Assembly (NCBI RefSeq): GCF_009914755.1
Contig: NC_060928.1
Origin: the human T2T-CHM13v2.0 reference genome, Homo sapiens
DNA length: 64,000 nucleotides
Strand: one strand, 5' to 3'
How positions within the stretch are numbered: position 1 is the first letter of the stretch; every line of letters begins with the position of its first letter. Shown piece by piece: positions 34,160 to 53,070 of the stretch. Position numbers and translations under genes: made by a program. The notes beneath the pieces were generated by a model. That model saw only the letters and a list, made by a program, of their open reading frames with translations, had not been told where the DNA came from and made no database searches.

Positions 34160-34438
34160 TATTTTTTTGACACAGGGTCTCACTCTACTGCCCAGGCTGG
34201 AATGCAGTGGTGCGATCACGGCTCACTCCAGGCCCAAGCGATCACCTCAGCCTCCCGAGTACCTGGGACTACAGGCATGCGCCACCAGGCCCGGCATTTT
34301 TTTTTTTTTTTAATATTTGTAGAGATGGGGTCTCCCTATGTTGTTGCCCAGGCTGGCCTGGAACTCCTGGGCTCAAGCCATCCTCCCACCTCCCAATCCC
34401 GGTGCTGGGATTACAGGTATGAGCCACCGAGCCTGGCT
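34160..34438 (-). repeat. AluJ
   Basis: Degenerate antisense dimer. Confidence 0.88.
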
Positions 34439-34699
34439 GCAGTATCTTATTTTTTAACTCTGTTCAACACTGACCCCACACCCCTTTAGATGCTCGCACC
34501 TATACGCTCTACCTTTCACACATATTTTTCAGATTAAGCAAAATACAATTTATTCCACTGAATAGAAAACGTTGCCTTCCTTATCTGTCTTTGAATTTGT
34601 AGTCGTTCCGATTATAATTTGAGTTCTCAAACATTTGAATTACACAGTCTCTTGGTTCACTCCGACAGGTGTTTAAACAGGTGTGCGTAGGTCTTTCTA

Positions 34700-36120
<1,421 letters not shown>

Positions 36121-37055
36121 CAGGAAATGAAATATTTGTAGTAACTTTCATAACCCCCTGGGCACCCTCCTTGCACGTTTCCTGGGTTTTTACTCCTTGG
36201 CTTTGCGGGCTTTCAGACATAAGCTGTGACATGCTTTGTCCAGCTTTCTCAGAGTGAATCCTAAGGGGCCTTGAAGGAAGGGACAGAATTTTGTTTCTCT
36301 TCTACCAGAAGCATTGCTACTTAGAGTGTTTGTTTGGTTTTCTTAAGGACTTTTTGAAGTCCCTTTCTTTGTCTCAGAATATAGCAGGTGTGCAGGGAAA
36401 CCGAATACACACGTCTGCAGCAAGTGTTTTAAGAAGTGGTGAGACCTGGTGCTTTCCTAATGTCTAAGGACCAGTCCCTAGTCTTATCCTAAGTGGGATG
36501 GGTCTCCTTTGTGTGACATCTAGTTAATTTACATATGCATGACATCATCTGACACAAATGGAGTTGTAATGGCCAGGACACGTCTGATTATTACCCTAGA
36601 GCTCCTGAGAGCTTTCCACAGTGCCCTGAGTCACTGCAGAAACGTTGACTTCATGGGAACATTTTCACTGGGAATCGGAGGCCGATTCCCTCAACACACA
36701 CACACCCACACAACACCCCTTTCACTTCCAAGAGTCGTGATAAAAACATTGCTCTTTTAAAATGTGTTTTAGAACTAGGATGAATTTTAATTTTTAGAGT
36801 GGAGCATATCGTTAGCTATTCTTGAGTGGGTAAATTTTCATCCTGAATGCTGCAAAGAAATAGTGAAATGGTCAAAGACAGATGAGCCAATTCACAGACT
36901 GAGGTTTCTGCATTGTAATCTAGTGAGGCCATTCCCTACTCCCTCCAAAAAATCCTGAGTAATTTTTGCATTCATACTGATCCTGACTCACTCACAATTT
37001 AAATAATTACAGTTTCACAAAATTGAATGATATTCATGTCAATATGAAAACAAGC

Positions 37056-37395
<340 letters not shown>

Positions 37396-37814
37396 TCATT
37401 AAAAAATACTATATTATGACATATGTTTATCAACTGATAGTTTTCCCTATCAGTTAATTGCTTTTGGAAAACTCACTGGAATACATATGCCTGAGGAATT
37501 AGATCTTTGTTATTGGCAACTGGTCCTTAACATTTATGCAATTAATGTTTTATGAGCAAACAGATCTACACACTGACCTTAAACTCTAGTCTTAGTGCTT
37601 TTAACAAATAGGCACTGAAATATGCAGCATGGCCAGTGAAACTGGTGTTAGTTTCAATTCTTGAACATATTAGCTCATGTTTATATTGTGCAAATATTTG
37701 GAATAGATACTTTTTGAATAACACTGCATTTGGCATTATTTACATAAGAGATTATTCTGAATTAACAAATGCATTCAATTTTATGGACAGTGAAGAAATT
37801 GAATTTTTAAATTA

Positions 37815-38108
37815 TTATTACTTTTTGAGATGAGGTCTCCTTCTGTCACCCAGGTTGGAGTGCAGTGGTATGATCACTGTTCATTGCAGCCTCAACCTCC
37901 CAGGCTCAAGCGATCTGATTCTCCCGTCTCAGACTCTCGAGTAGCTGGGACTACAGGTGTGAGCTACTATGCCTGGCCAATTTTAAAAATGTTTCTGTGG
38001 AGACGGGGTCTCCCTATGTTGCCCAGGCTGGTCTTGAACTCCTGGCCTCAAGCAATCTTCCCACCTGGGCATTGCTGGGATTACAGGCATGAGCCACTGC
38101 ATCTGGCC
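37815..38108 (-). repeat. AluJ
   Basis: Degenerate antisense dimer. Confidence 0.88.
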
Positions 38109-39077
38109 ATGAAATTGAATTTTAGGTAAGTGCCATGAGAAGTAATATACACAGCTAGGTGCTTTGCAGAATCCTCCTGAGTTTGTGTGTTCCTACTGTC
38201 TGCAGCAGCAGGTAAAGGCACACACAGGCAGGAAGCAGACTGGCCCTCTGAGCATACCATTTTTCCTTTCAGATCCACGACTACTCACATTCCCTTCCTC
38301 TCATCATACCCCACTCCTTTTTCAATCACTAAAACATAAGAGACAAAGGGGAAGGAAGAAAGTATTAAGACGGCTTTTCTTTCAATACTGCAGACTTTGC
38401 ACCTTGAAGGATTCTTTTTCCCTCCTGGATTTCTGTGGTAGTGATTTATAACACCGAATAAACAAACATAAGACAATGAATTTAAATTTGCTCCTACCAT
38501 CTCATCTGTCACTTGGCAGATAGCTGCTGCTGTTAGCCTGTGTGGTTAATATTAAAATCAGGAATTTAAATTTCAAAAGCCTGGAAACTTGGAAAGGGAG
38601 AAATGGGTAATGTCAGAGAAAAAGTTTAAAGAGATGAGAATGTGAATACATATAAAGGAAACCGTAAACCTGTCTGCAAGAAATGCGGATCTAATTTTAA
38701 AGCTGTGGCCCTGAGTTCTAAAGGAAAACCCTATTAGCAGTTTGTACTTTTTTGACAATAACGCATACATTTTACATTTGCCTGATTCTGTACTTGGCTT
38801 TAAAAAAAAAAAACAAAAAACTAAAAGTAGTGAAATTAACTTGAGTAGGAAAATATGCAAACTCTCCTGCAATTTAGAGGCTTTTTTCCAAGCAAAGATG
38901 CTGAATAGCAGCAGGGGTTTTTAATCTCTGACCCAAGAATTCCGTAAGTGAAAGGCCCATGGAACAGAGGCTGCCCCTTTTGCTCCACAGGGCGTACTGA
39001 CTGCACATCTGAGCCAGAGGCAGAGGATACTGAGCTCTCTTTCTTCACCTCACTGTCCTGCATCCCTGGATACGTGA

Positions 39078-39534
<457 letters not shown>

Positions 39535-41000
39535 GGTCTTATTCTCTTATTTGTTCTGCAAATGTAAGAATTCCTAGCAATACGTAAGGTGGATAGATAG
39601 ATAATTGCTGTGTATGAATGTTGGTAGAGTGTAAACTTCTAGTCAGGAAGTATTTATAGCTTGTATAAGTCATAGTTATTAGCAAGCATATATTCACTCT
39701 TTTTTTTTTTTTGAGTGATTGAGTTCCATTGTTAAAATCACATTACTGTGGAAACATTGCAGTGGCTGCTTGAAGGGCCTGTCAGCATGGCTGGCAGTAA
39801 AGTGACTAGAGGGACTTATCTCGATTCCTCTGACACTGAGGCAGCCTCCAGTGTGATGAAGCCTGTAGACCCGGAAACCAGACGAGGTGGATTCCACCTC
39901 AAACCGATTGCTAGCTGAGTAATTCTGGGCAGGTCATTCATTTCTTCCCTAGCTGTAGTTTTTCTTTCTTGATAATATGGAGGTGATAATACTTTCTGCA
40001 TAGAAGTGCTCCAGAAATTAATTGAAATAATAAGTAATATATGGAGAAATGCTAAAAAAGTGTTATCTATGATTACTACCTGCTTCTTGGCACAGAAATG
40101 AAAATTGAGAGCCATGTTTTATTGAAAGAAACATTCTAGGTGAAGAAAAAACAGAGAAAAATGATTCATTATATTTACCATGTGGCTGTAATAAATGGTG
40201 TCTTTTAGTTCAGTTATTTGGGAGAACAAATTATAGTACATGCCAATCTTTCATCATTACCTTCCCTGCATGACTTACAGAAGATAAGGGTTAGTTTAAT
40301 TAACATTACCACTGAGTGCTGTGTAACACCCAGAAGGAAATGCATTTACCACTCTGGGATCAAACTTTTAATCTGCAGAATAATCAGTAGCATCACAAAT
40401 CATACATTTGTGTAGCCCTTGTCTTTTCCTCCACTGAAACCCTGTGATTTATATTCACATCTTATGTCCATTATCAGACTATAAACTCTTTGTCCTGTGA
40501 CACTTAAGGGAACACATGCCCATAAAAGACATTTAGCAAATATTTATTGAATGGATGAAGAAAATATTTTCTTCCTCATATAATCCACTGTCATGGGTTT
40601 CTAATCTTACAACAACCCAGGGGCAGTTTAAATGTCTTTCTTGAAGAATAATTATTGTCTTAGGTCTTTTTGTTTCATCGTCTTGAGTTTTTCCAAAGTT
40701 AGTAATGCTTTCTGCTGGGACTTAGCATTTCCTCAGGGATGAACGGTGGCTCAGTGTACAATTGTCATATAAGCGTTACTTTCTTTTTTTTTTTTATTAT
40801 ACTTTAAGTTTTAGGGTACATGTGCACATTGTGCAGGTTAGTTACATATGTATACATGTGCCATGCTGGTGCGCTGCACCCACTAACTCGTCATCTAGCA
40901 TTAGGTATATCTCCCAATGCTATCCCTCCCCCCTCCCCCAACCCCACCACAGTCCCCAGAGTGTGATATTCCCCTTCCTGTGTCCATGTGATCTCATTGT

Positions 41001-44850
<3,850 letters not shown>

Positions 44851-44886
44851 TTAGTTGATGCGGTTTCTTCCTAGTCTCGATGGTCT

Positions 44887-45904
44887 TTACATTTTGGCAT
44901 GACTTTGCAGCGGCTGGTACCGGTTGTTCCTTTCCATGTTTAGTGCTTCCTTCAGGAGCTCTTTTAGGGCAGGCCTGGTGGTGACAAAATCTCTCAGCAT
45001 TTGCTTGTCTGTAAAGTATTTTATTTCTCTTTCACTTATGAAGCTTAGTTTGGCTGGATATGAAATTCTGGGTTGAAAATTCTTTTGTTTAAGAATGTTG
45101 AATATTGGCCCCCACTCTCTTCTGGCTTGTAGGGTTTCTGCCGAGAGATCCGCTGTTAGTGTGATGGGCTTCCCTTTGAGGGTGACCCGACCTTTCTCTC
45201 TGGCTGCCCTTAACATTTTTTCCTTCATTTCAACTTTGGTGAATCTGACAATTATGTGTCTTGGAGTTGCTCTTCTCGAGGAGTATCTTTTTGGCGTTCT
45301 CTGTATTTCCTGAATCTGAACGTTGGCCTGCCTTGCTAGATTGGGGAAGTTCTCCTGGATAATATCCTGCAGAGTGTTTTCCAACTTGGTTCCATTCTCC
45401 CCATCACTTTCAGGTACACCAATCAGACGTAGATTTGGTCTTTTCACATAGTCCCATATTTCTTGGAGGCTTTGCTCATTTCTTTTTATTCTTTTTTCTC
45501 TAAACTTCCCTTCTCGCTTCATTTCATTCATTTCATCTTCCATTGCTGATACCCTTTCTTCCAGTTGATCGCATCGGCTCCTGAGGCGTCTGCATTCTTC
45601 ACGTAGTTCTCGAGCCTTGGTTTTCAGCTCCATCAGCTCCTTTAAGCACTTCTCTGTATTGGTTATTCTAGTTATACATTCTTCTAAATTTTTTTTCAAA
45701 GTTTTCAACTTCTTTGCCTTTGGTTTGAATGTCCTCCCGTAGCTCAGAATAATTTGATCTTCTGAAGCCGCCTTCTCTCAGCTCGTCAAAGTCATTCTCC
45801 ATCCAGCTTTGTTCCATTGCTGGTGAGGAGCTGCGTTCCTTTGGAGGAGGAGAGGCGCTCTGCATTTTAGAGTTTCCAGTTTTTCTGTTCTGTTTTTTCC
45901 CCAT
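44887..45904 (-). pseudogene. L1 ORF1 disrupted by a +1 frameshift
   Basis: MGKKQNRKTGNSK... starts at 45904 and the frame shifts in the A-run near 45690. The span is 1018 nt against 1017 nt for an intact ORF1. Confidence 0.93.
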
Positions 45905-46357
45905 CTTTGTGGTTTTATCTACTTTTGGTCTTTGATGATGGTGATGTACAGATGGGTTTTGGTGTGGATGTCCTTTCTGTTTGTTAGTTTTCCTTCTAAC
46001 AGACAGGACCCTCAGCTGCAGGTCTGTTGGAATACCCTGCCGTGTGAGGTGTCAGTGTGCCCCTGCTGGGGGTGCCTCCCAGTTAGGCTGCTCGGGGGTC
46101 AGGGGTCAGGGACCCACTTGAGGAGGCAGTCTGCCCATTCTCAGATCTCCAGCTGCGTGCTGGGAGAACCAGTGCTCTCTTCAAAGCTGTCAGACAGGGA
46201 CATTTAAGTCTGCAGAGGTTACTGCTGTCTTTTTGTTTGTCTGTGCCCTGCCCCCAGAGGTGGAGCCTACAGAGGCAGGCAGGCCTCCTTGAGCTGTGGT
46301 GGGCTCCACCCAGTTCGAGCTTCCCGGCTGCTTTATTTACCTAATCAAGCCTGGGCA

Positions 46358-46573
46358 ATGGCGGGCGCCCCTCCCCCAGCCTCGCTGCCGCCTTGCAGTT
46401 TGATCTCAGACTGCTGTGCTGGCAATCAGCGAGACTCCGTGGGCGTAGGACCCTCTGAGCCATGTGCGGGATATGATCTCCTGGTGCGCCGTTTTTTAAG
46501 CCGGTCCGAAAAGCGCAATATTCGGGTGGGAGTGACCCGATTTTTCAGGTGCGTCCGTCACCCCTTTCTTTGA
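46358..46573 (+). CDS. LINE-1 ORF0 (71 aa), intact, antisense to L1 and sense to FAM149A
   Basis: MAGAPPPASLPPCSLISDCCAGNQRDSVGVGPSEPCAGYDLLVRRFLSRSEKRNIRVGVTRFFRCVRHPFL* with Kozak context gcaATGg. Expression is not shown by sequence alone. Confidence 0.8.
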   Translation: MAGAPPPASLPPCSLISDCCAGNQRDSVGVGPSEPCAGYDLLVRRFLSRSEKRNIRVGVTRFFRCVRHPFL

Positions 46574-46983
46574 CTCCGAAAGGGAACTCCCTGACCCCTT
46601 GCGCTTCCCAAGTGAGGCAATGCCTCGCCCTGCTTCGGCTCGCGCGTGGTGCGCGCATCCACTGACCTGCGCCCACTGTCTGGCACTCCCTAGTGAGATG
46701 AACCCGGTACCTCAGATGGAAATGCAGAAATCTCCCGTCTTCTGTGTCACTCACGCTGGGAGCTGTAGACCGGAGCTGTTCCTATTCGGCCATCTTGGCT
46801 CCTCCCTCATGACCGTTACTTTCTATTACAGTCATATGACCATTACTGTCATTAAAGATAATAATGAATTCAACTTGGTTTTCCATATCGAGTATTTGCT
46901 TATACCCGAGAAAACAATTTTGTTCTGTCTTATGCGTAGGCTTTTGCTTTAAATTATCCTCTTTCTTTGTTGTTATATTTAAA

Positions 46984-47121
46984 TTTTTTTTTTTTATTTG
47001 AGACAGAGTCTCACTCTGTCACCAGGCTGGCTGGAGGGCAGCGGCACGATCTCGGCTCACTGCCACCTCTGCCTCCTGGGTTAAAGTGATTCTTCTGCCT
47101 CAGACTCCTGAGTAGCTGGGA
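46984..47121 (-). repeat. 5'-truncated Alu (right arm)
   Basis: TSD tatatttaaat. Confidence 0.88.
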
Positions 47122-50100
47122 TATATTTAAATCTTGAAAATTGTATTTGAGTTAGCAGTTATATGTTTTTTTGCTGTGTGTTTAAAGAACACATGTTGAG
47201 TGTTTTCTAACTTCTTATCCAACAAGCATGGCCCTTGTGCCAAGCTCATAATGATAGTCCTATGGGATTTGAACCCTTCAGCATTGCGTAATCATAACAG
47301 CTCATGTAAATTAGTATAGTTTTTAGAGCACAGATTGAAGTCAGATCGAATTTGATTCAAATCTCATTTTGTAACTTTTCTTAGAATGCTAATTAAGCAT
47401 TCACATTGGCTACCTAACCTGTTTAAGCTTTACCTTCTCATTCATAAAATGGGAATTAATAATAATGCCTATTCAGAGAGACATTGTAAGGATTAAAAGA
47501 GATCATCTATACAAACTTGTCTCTGTGGTGGCTGGTACATAAGCACTTAATAAATATCTATTACATGATATTCATTATTCTAAAGATATTCTTACTACCC
47601 ACAGCATCTTTTGTACAAAATACAGTTTATTGCTATGATCTGCAGTATAGGCTAATGTATTCTTTAATTAATTGTCAACCTGTATTTAATGAATATCTAT
47701 TCCATCTAAGATCCACATGGAGCTAGATTTTTGAGTAATTAGGGAAAGAACTGGAAATGGATCTTATGAAAAAGCAGGAAGAATAAGATAAATGATCCAA
47801 GAGTGGTTTCAGACACACTGCTGTGAGCACACAGCTAAGAGAGAAGAGGAGGCGCGGAGATGATGCTGAACGAGGGGCGATGTCAGGGGTCTGAGTTCTA
47901 AAGAATGTCCAAAAGTGGGGCACATGGACACCTGGGGCTTGGGAGGGCACTGTCGGAGACCAAAGCAGTGTGAGCAAAGCCGTGGAGGCCCAGAGCCACA
48001 TGGCGTGAGGCTTTCCATTTGTTAGGAGCACAGCTTTTGTGAAAAGCGTTAAAACTAGGGAGAGCCTGGATACTGGGCTCTCTTTAGTAAACACTGGAAA
48101 AGCCAGGATTTAGGTAGAGAAGTGGCAGGAGCAGGCTGCACTTTAGGAGGGTTGAGCTAATGTGCAGGGAGCTAGTAGGAAGCTCTAGGAATAAACGCCT
48201 GAGAGGTATGGAGCCTAGGAATGAACACAGTGAAAAGAAAGATATTGAACTGACAAATCTCCCAAGACCGGCAACACATAGGTGAGGCTGAGGAAGCAAG
48301 AGGAAGGGCTGAAGATGATGTCAGGTGGCTGGGAGGAGAGTGCCACTCATAAAGGGGGACCACAGAAGATGCGGGTTTGTCATGCAGATGAGGAGTTCAC
48401 TCTGGGATACACACCTTGAGTTGAGGTCTAGGGAAACATCTAGAGAAGGGCCAGGCACGGGGCTGGACATTCATGGTGGAATATGGCAGGAAGTTAAGGA
48501 CTGGAAGTATAAACAGGCAACTTTGCACGTACAGGAGTTGGTGAACACACACAGTGATCACAAACTATACAACAGATGACATCACACACCACGCAAGATG
48601 GGAGTGCTCTTTACTGTTGCTGTGGGAGTTTCAAGACCCTCTGAAATGAGGAGCGTCTCCTTTCTCTGCTGGAACAGTGCTTCTCAATGTGTGTGCCATT
48701 AGCTACCTGCTTGCAGTTACCAGGTAGCTACTTGTTCCCTGTCCATGAAGCGGTAAGTGCAGAAAGGGAGAATAAGCATTTAGAAATTTTATAGCAGTTG
48801 GCAGAGGAGCTTTATGTCTGTTGACTCTAATAATTAAACATTTGGATTCACATTTTGAGGATTTTTATCATTTTATTTTTTGATTTTTATTATGTTTTAA
48901 AAGTATTTACATACAATAAATTGGAAAAATGATCTGACACTACAGATAGTTTGAAGAACACTGAGGTAGACTTTATTAAGATACCTTTAGACCACACTCA
49001 GCAAAACATTTCAGGACACCAAGAAAAAACAAAACAGCCAATGATGACATTATCTTTTACTGTCCTTAAAATACCGGGCTAAGCAATATTCAGATAGTAT
49101 CCTCTGATTGAAGATGAGATTCTTTAAATTGTTCAGACGATCTGGAGTTGAGGGTGTGCCCGGTTCACGGTGTCTTTGAGCGCTGCGGTCATCGGATGCA
49201 GCCTCCAGCCAAGCACCCACTGCCTGGGAGGAGGGAGCTTCCCATTCTTATTCCTGCTTTAATCCAAGCTTGTAAGTTTCAGTTTTGTTTTGTTTTCTTT
49301 TGACATAAAAACAATGAGGAGTAGAGTCTATTGCTTTCTCTCAAAATAAACCTTTGGATCATTCAATGTGAGGAGGGCCAAAGGTAAGTGAAAATGCTAG
49401 GGAAAAAAATATCAGTTAACATTTACAAATACCATTCCACATATCCTTCACGTACAGGGGACACTCTTCCCTCATGGGTGCAGTCTGGATATTTGTTTCA
49501 TTTCACGCAGTCAAACCACGCACCTTTTTGGATATGCAGAATTTTACAATTCATAGGCAAAAATTTCAAAAATTACCTCACATTTAATGGTCTCACGAAT
49601 AGTGTTACACAGACACACATTTAACAGGACATGATTTTCTAGACACCATGTACTACGTAGTACCCGTCAAGCAAATGGATAAATACTATTTATTATGTAT
49701 TGAAAAAAGAGTTGCCCCTTTTTGAGAGGTAGAAATAATGAAGATGCCATCTTCTGAAAAGCACAGAAACAAAATAAAGGCTTTGTCATGATTAACGATT
49801 ATGGAACTTTGCAATGATTAAATATCATTCAGAAGCAGATGGTCTTTGGCAGTGACTAGAAAAACAGCCAAGCTAAGACTTTCCCTTCTGTTGTTTAATA
49901 AAGAGGTTATTAAGGCAAAGTTGAACTAAATAAAATGTTCTTCTCAAATGCATGTATACCTATATAATCTTAGAATCATTGCCTTCTTTATAACCATAAC
50001 TTGAAATTATTTTTAAATATTGTGGAACTTCTATATAATGTCAGTCATGAGGATGAGGACACAACTCACCTTGGAAGCTCCTGTTCATATCAGGCTTTTA

Positions 50101-50900
50101 AAGTTAATAATTCTATTTCAGAGAATGTCGCTCTTTGTATAGAAAGGTAAAGTGGGGATGTATTGTAAAATGCAACATTTAATTCAATTCCCTAGTATCA
50201 AACAGTGTGAAGACTTGGAAACCATCCCTGTAGAGATGCAGGACTCTTCATAATCCAGTTGAACTAAGAGCCTACATCAAATAAAATGAACCCCTTCCCT
50301 CAAATAGAAGTTTTCTTGCTAAATTAATGCAAAAAATTGAATCCTAAGGAACTACAGTTTGAATATATGAAGCGCAGTTTAAAGAAGCAGGTGATAAATT
50401 CCCAAGGGAAGGTCTACCTCAGACCTCTGTTTTACTTGTTTTAACATTTTTATAAGCATGTTTCACAGATGAATGTGATCATTGATCAACTACTTACTAT
50501 TCCATAAAGCCAGGGTTCTTAGCATTTGAAGTAACGGCTGGTATTTCAGGGTCTACTAGACACCAAATACAGCATGCATGTTTTATGGACATTATCACAA
50601 ATCCCCAAAGCATACATACAAGGCAGGAATTTTATTTTCATTTTACACATGAAGAAATTGAGGCTCAGAATAAGAAATTGTCTAATTCCACCTAGCTGCT
50701 ATGTGATAAATGTAAGATTGAATTCCTGGAAATCAATCTATATCTTCCACACATAGGTATAACCAGGTATTTTTAATGAATTAAGATAGTAATGAGGATT
50801 AAAATCTACTTCCAAAGTAATTCATGGTATTTCCACCGGAACAAAATAACTCCAAAGAATTATACTCTTTCCAATAAAAATTTAAAAATCACGTTAGTAA

Positions 50901-51369
<469 letters not shown>

Positions 51370-52499
51370 AATATTCCTATTAGTACTGATAAAGAGACCA
51401 TAATAATCCATTTCAAAGTACAAATAAATGTCTTTTGTAATAAAGGCATGACTTATTAAAAATAAAGCATTCATTTTTTCAACTCTTTTCCAGTTTTTTA
51501 TAATTATGTTTCTTGTAAATTATTTTATGTATGATGATACCAAATATATTTTATTCATACTAGAACGGCAGTAATGAGCAAGCATTGTCTTACTAGAAAA
51601 AATGGAGAAGCAATTAGAGATGGCATTGCCAGGGAAAGGCTGTTCCTGCACGTCAGCATTTTCTTAATTAGATGTTTCACTTAAGGGTTTGGAAGAAGCC
51701 TTATAATTAAATATTGACAACTGTAATCCTTGCCAGGCACTAATGTTCATGTTTATCTAGTGAGTATATTTGTTTAACATTTAACATTTTGGATCTTTTT
51801 TGACTGATTTCTAACATAAATGATACAATCTTGAGGATCTATAAAATATAGTTAAAATATATTTTTAAAATGTATTTTTAAAGATGTATTAAAGTGACAA
51901 TTTAAAACTTAGTCATTAACTTCAATTCTTTACAGTGAAATTTCTTTAGTAGAGCATGTCAGAATTACATTGAGAAGATCATGGGATCCTATGGAAGATG
52001 TACGGAGACATTGATGGCAATTGATATTCTGACGCACACAAACTTACTATGACGGCCCTGACAGCCGCTGCACACGTTGACCCCACCTAACGTGGGACTG
52101 AAAACGATGAGTGTGGTGCTGCCATCCTACACCCAGCAGTTGTCTGTCTTCATTCTCTCTTCTGACCCTGTTGAAGTTCTGCTTCTGCTCTTTTGTCTCT
52201 GTCTTGCTTTTGTGGTGGAGTTTAACCTTGGACTTGATGAATACATTTGGCTCTTGATATAATCCTCATAGCTCCTGAGAATCTGACTCAAGCGCCCCTG
52301 TGATTTATCTGCCTGAATTCTCTGTTAACTGTGCCGACCAACCCAGATCCAGCCCCATGAACTTACCAAGACAGTGACTTCCTGGCTGGCACCATGCTAG
52401 GCCTGCCAGGGAGATCAGAATAGCCAATACCTGTCTTCCTTTCACTAGTTTCTCACTTGTCTCAATTATGTCTTTATATTAAGTGAGAAAATTGCTGAC

Positions 52500-53070
52500 A
52501 ACATATAGATAAAGATGTTATGAAGAAGTCTGAAAGAAGCTATTCGTAAAGAAACCATGAGATGAATGTAGACAGTAGGCTGTTCTAAAAGATAACTGGC
52601 CTGCTGTCTTTAAAACTGTCAGTGTCAGGTCTGGGGAAAGGCGGAAGAACCATTTTCTTTCTATATGAAAATAGACTAAAGACATGTAAGAACAATTTAA
52701 AGTATGGAATTTGATTGGATGCTAGTTTAAAAATATAGCTATAGAAGACACTTGGGGAAATTAGATTTGAATATTAAAGAGAATATTGGAGTGAGTACTA
52801 GTTTTAAGAAACTGTCATTGATTTCCTTAGATATGATAACAGTTTGAGGATTATGTAGGAGAACATCCTTTTAGGAAATGTATGGTAAGGTAGGGATCAG
52901 TAGAGTGTCATGATATTTGCAACTTCCTTTCAAATGGTCCGGAATAAAATATGTTTCTGGATTTAATATGGTAAAATATTAACCATGGTTGAATCCAGGT
53001 GATAGGTATTTTATTTTTTGGTATAAATCTTTCAACTCTTCCATGTTTTTAAAAAAATGTTATAGTAAGA
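52500..53070 (+). mobile_element. Old L1MC/ME 3' fragment
   Basis: Degenerate L1M 3'UTR motifs (ataactggcctg...aaaactgtcagtgtca; atttgcaactt; ttgaatccaggtga). Confidence 0.55.

Noticed and set aside
47700-48480. Purine-rich unique-looking sequence as a possible exon or gene
   Set aside because: Resembles a decayed L2 element. Boundaries are too uncertain to annotate, as with several MIR/L2 traces near 9700-9990, 12090-12340 and 47330-47560.
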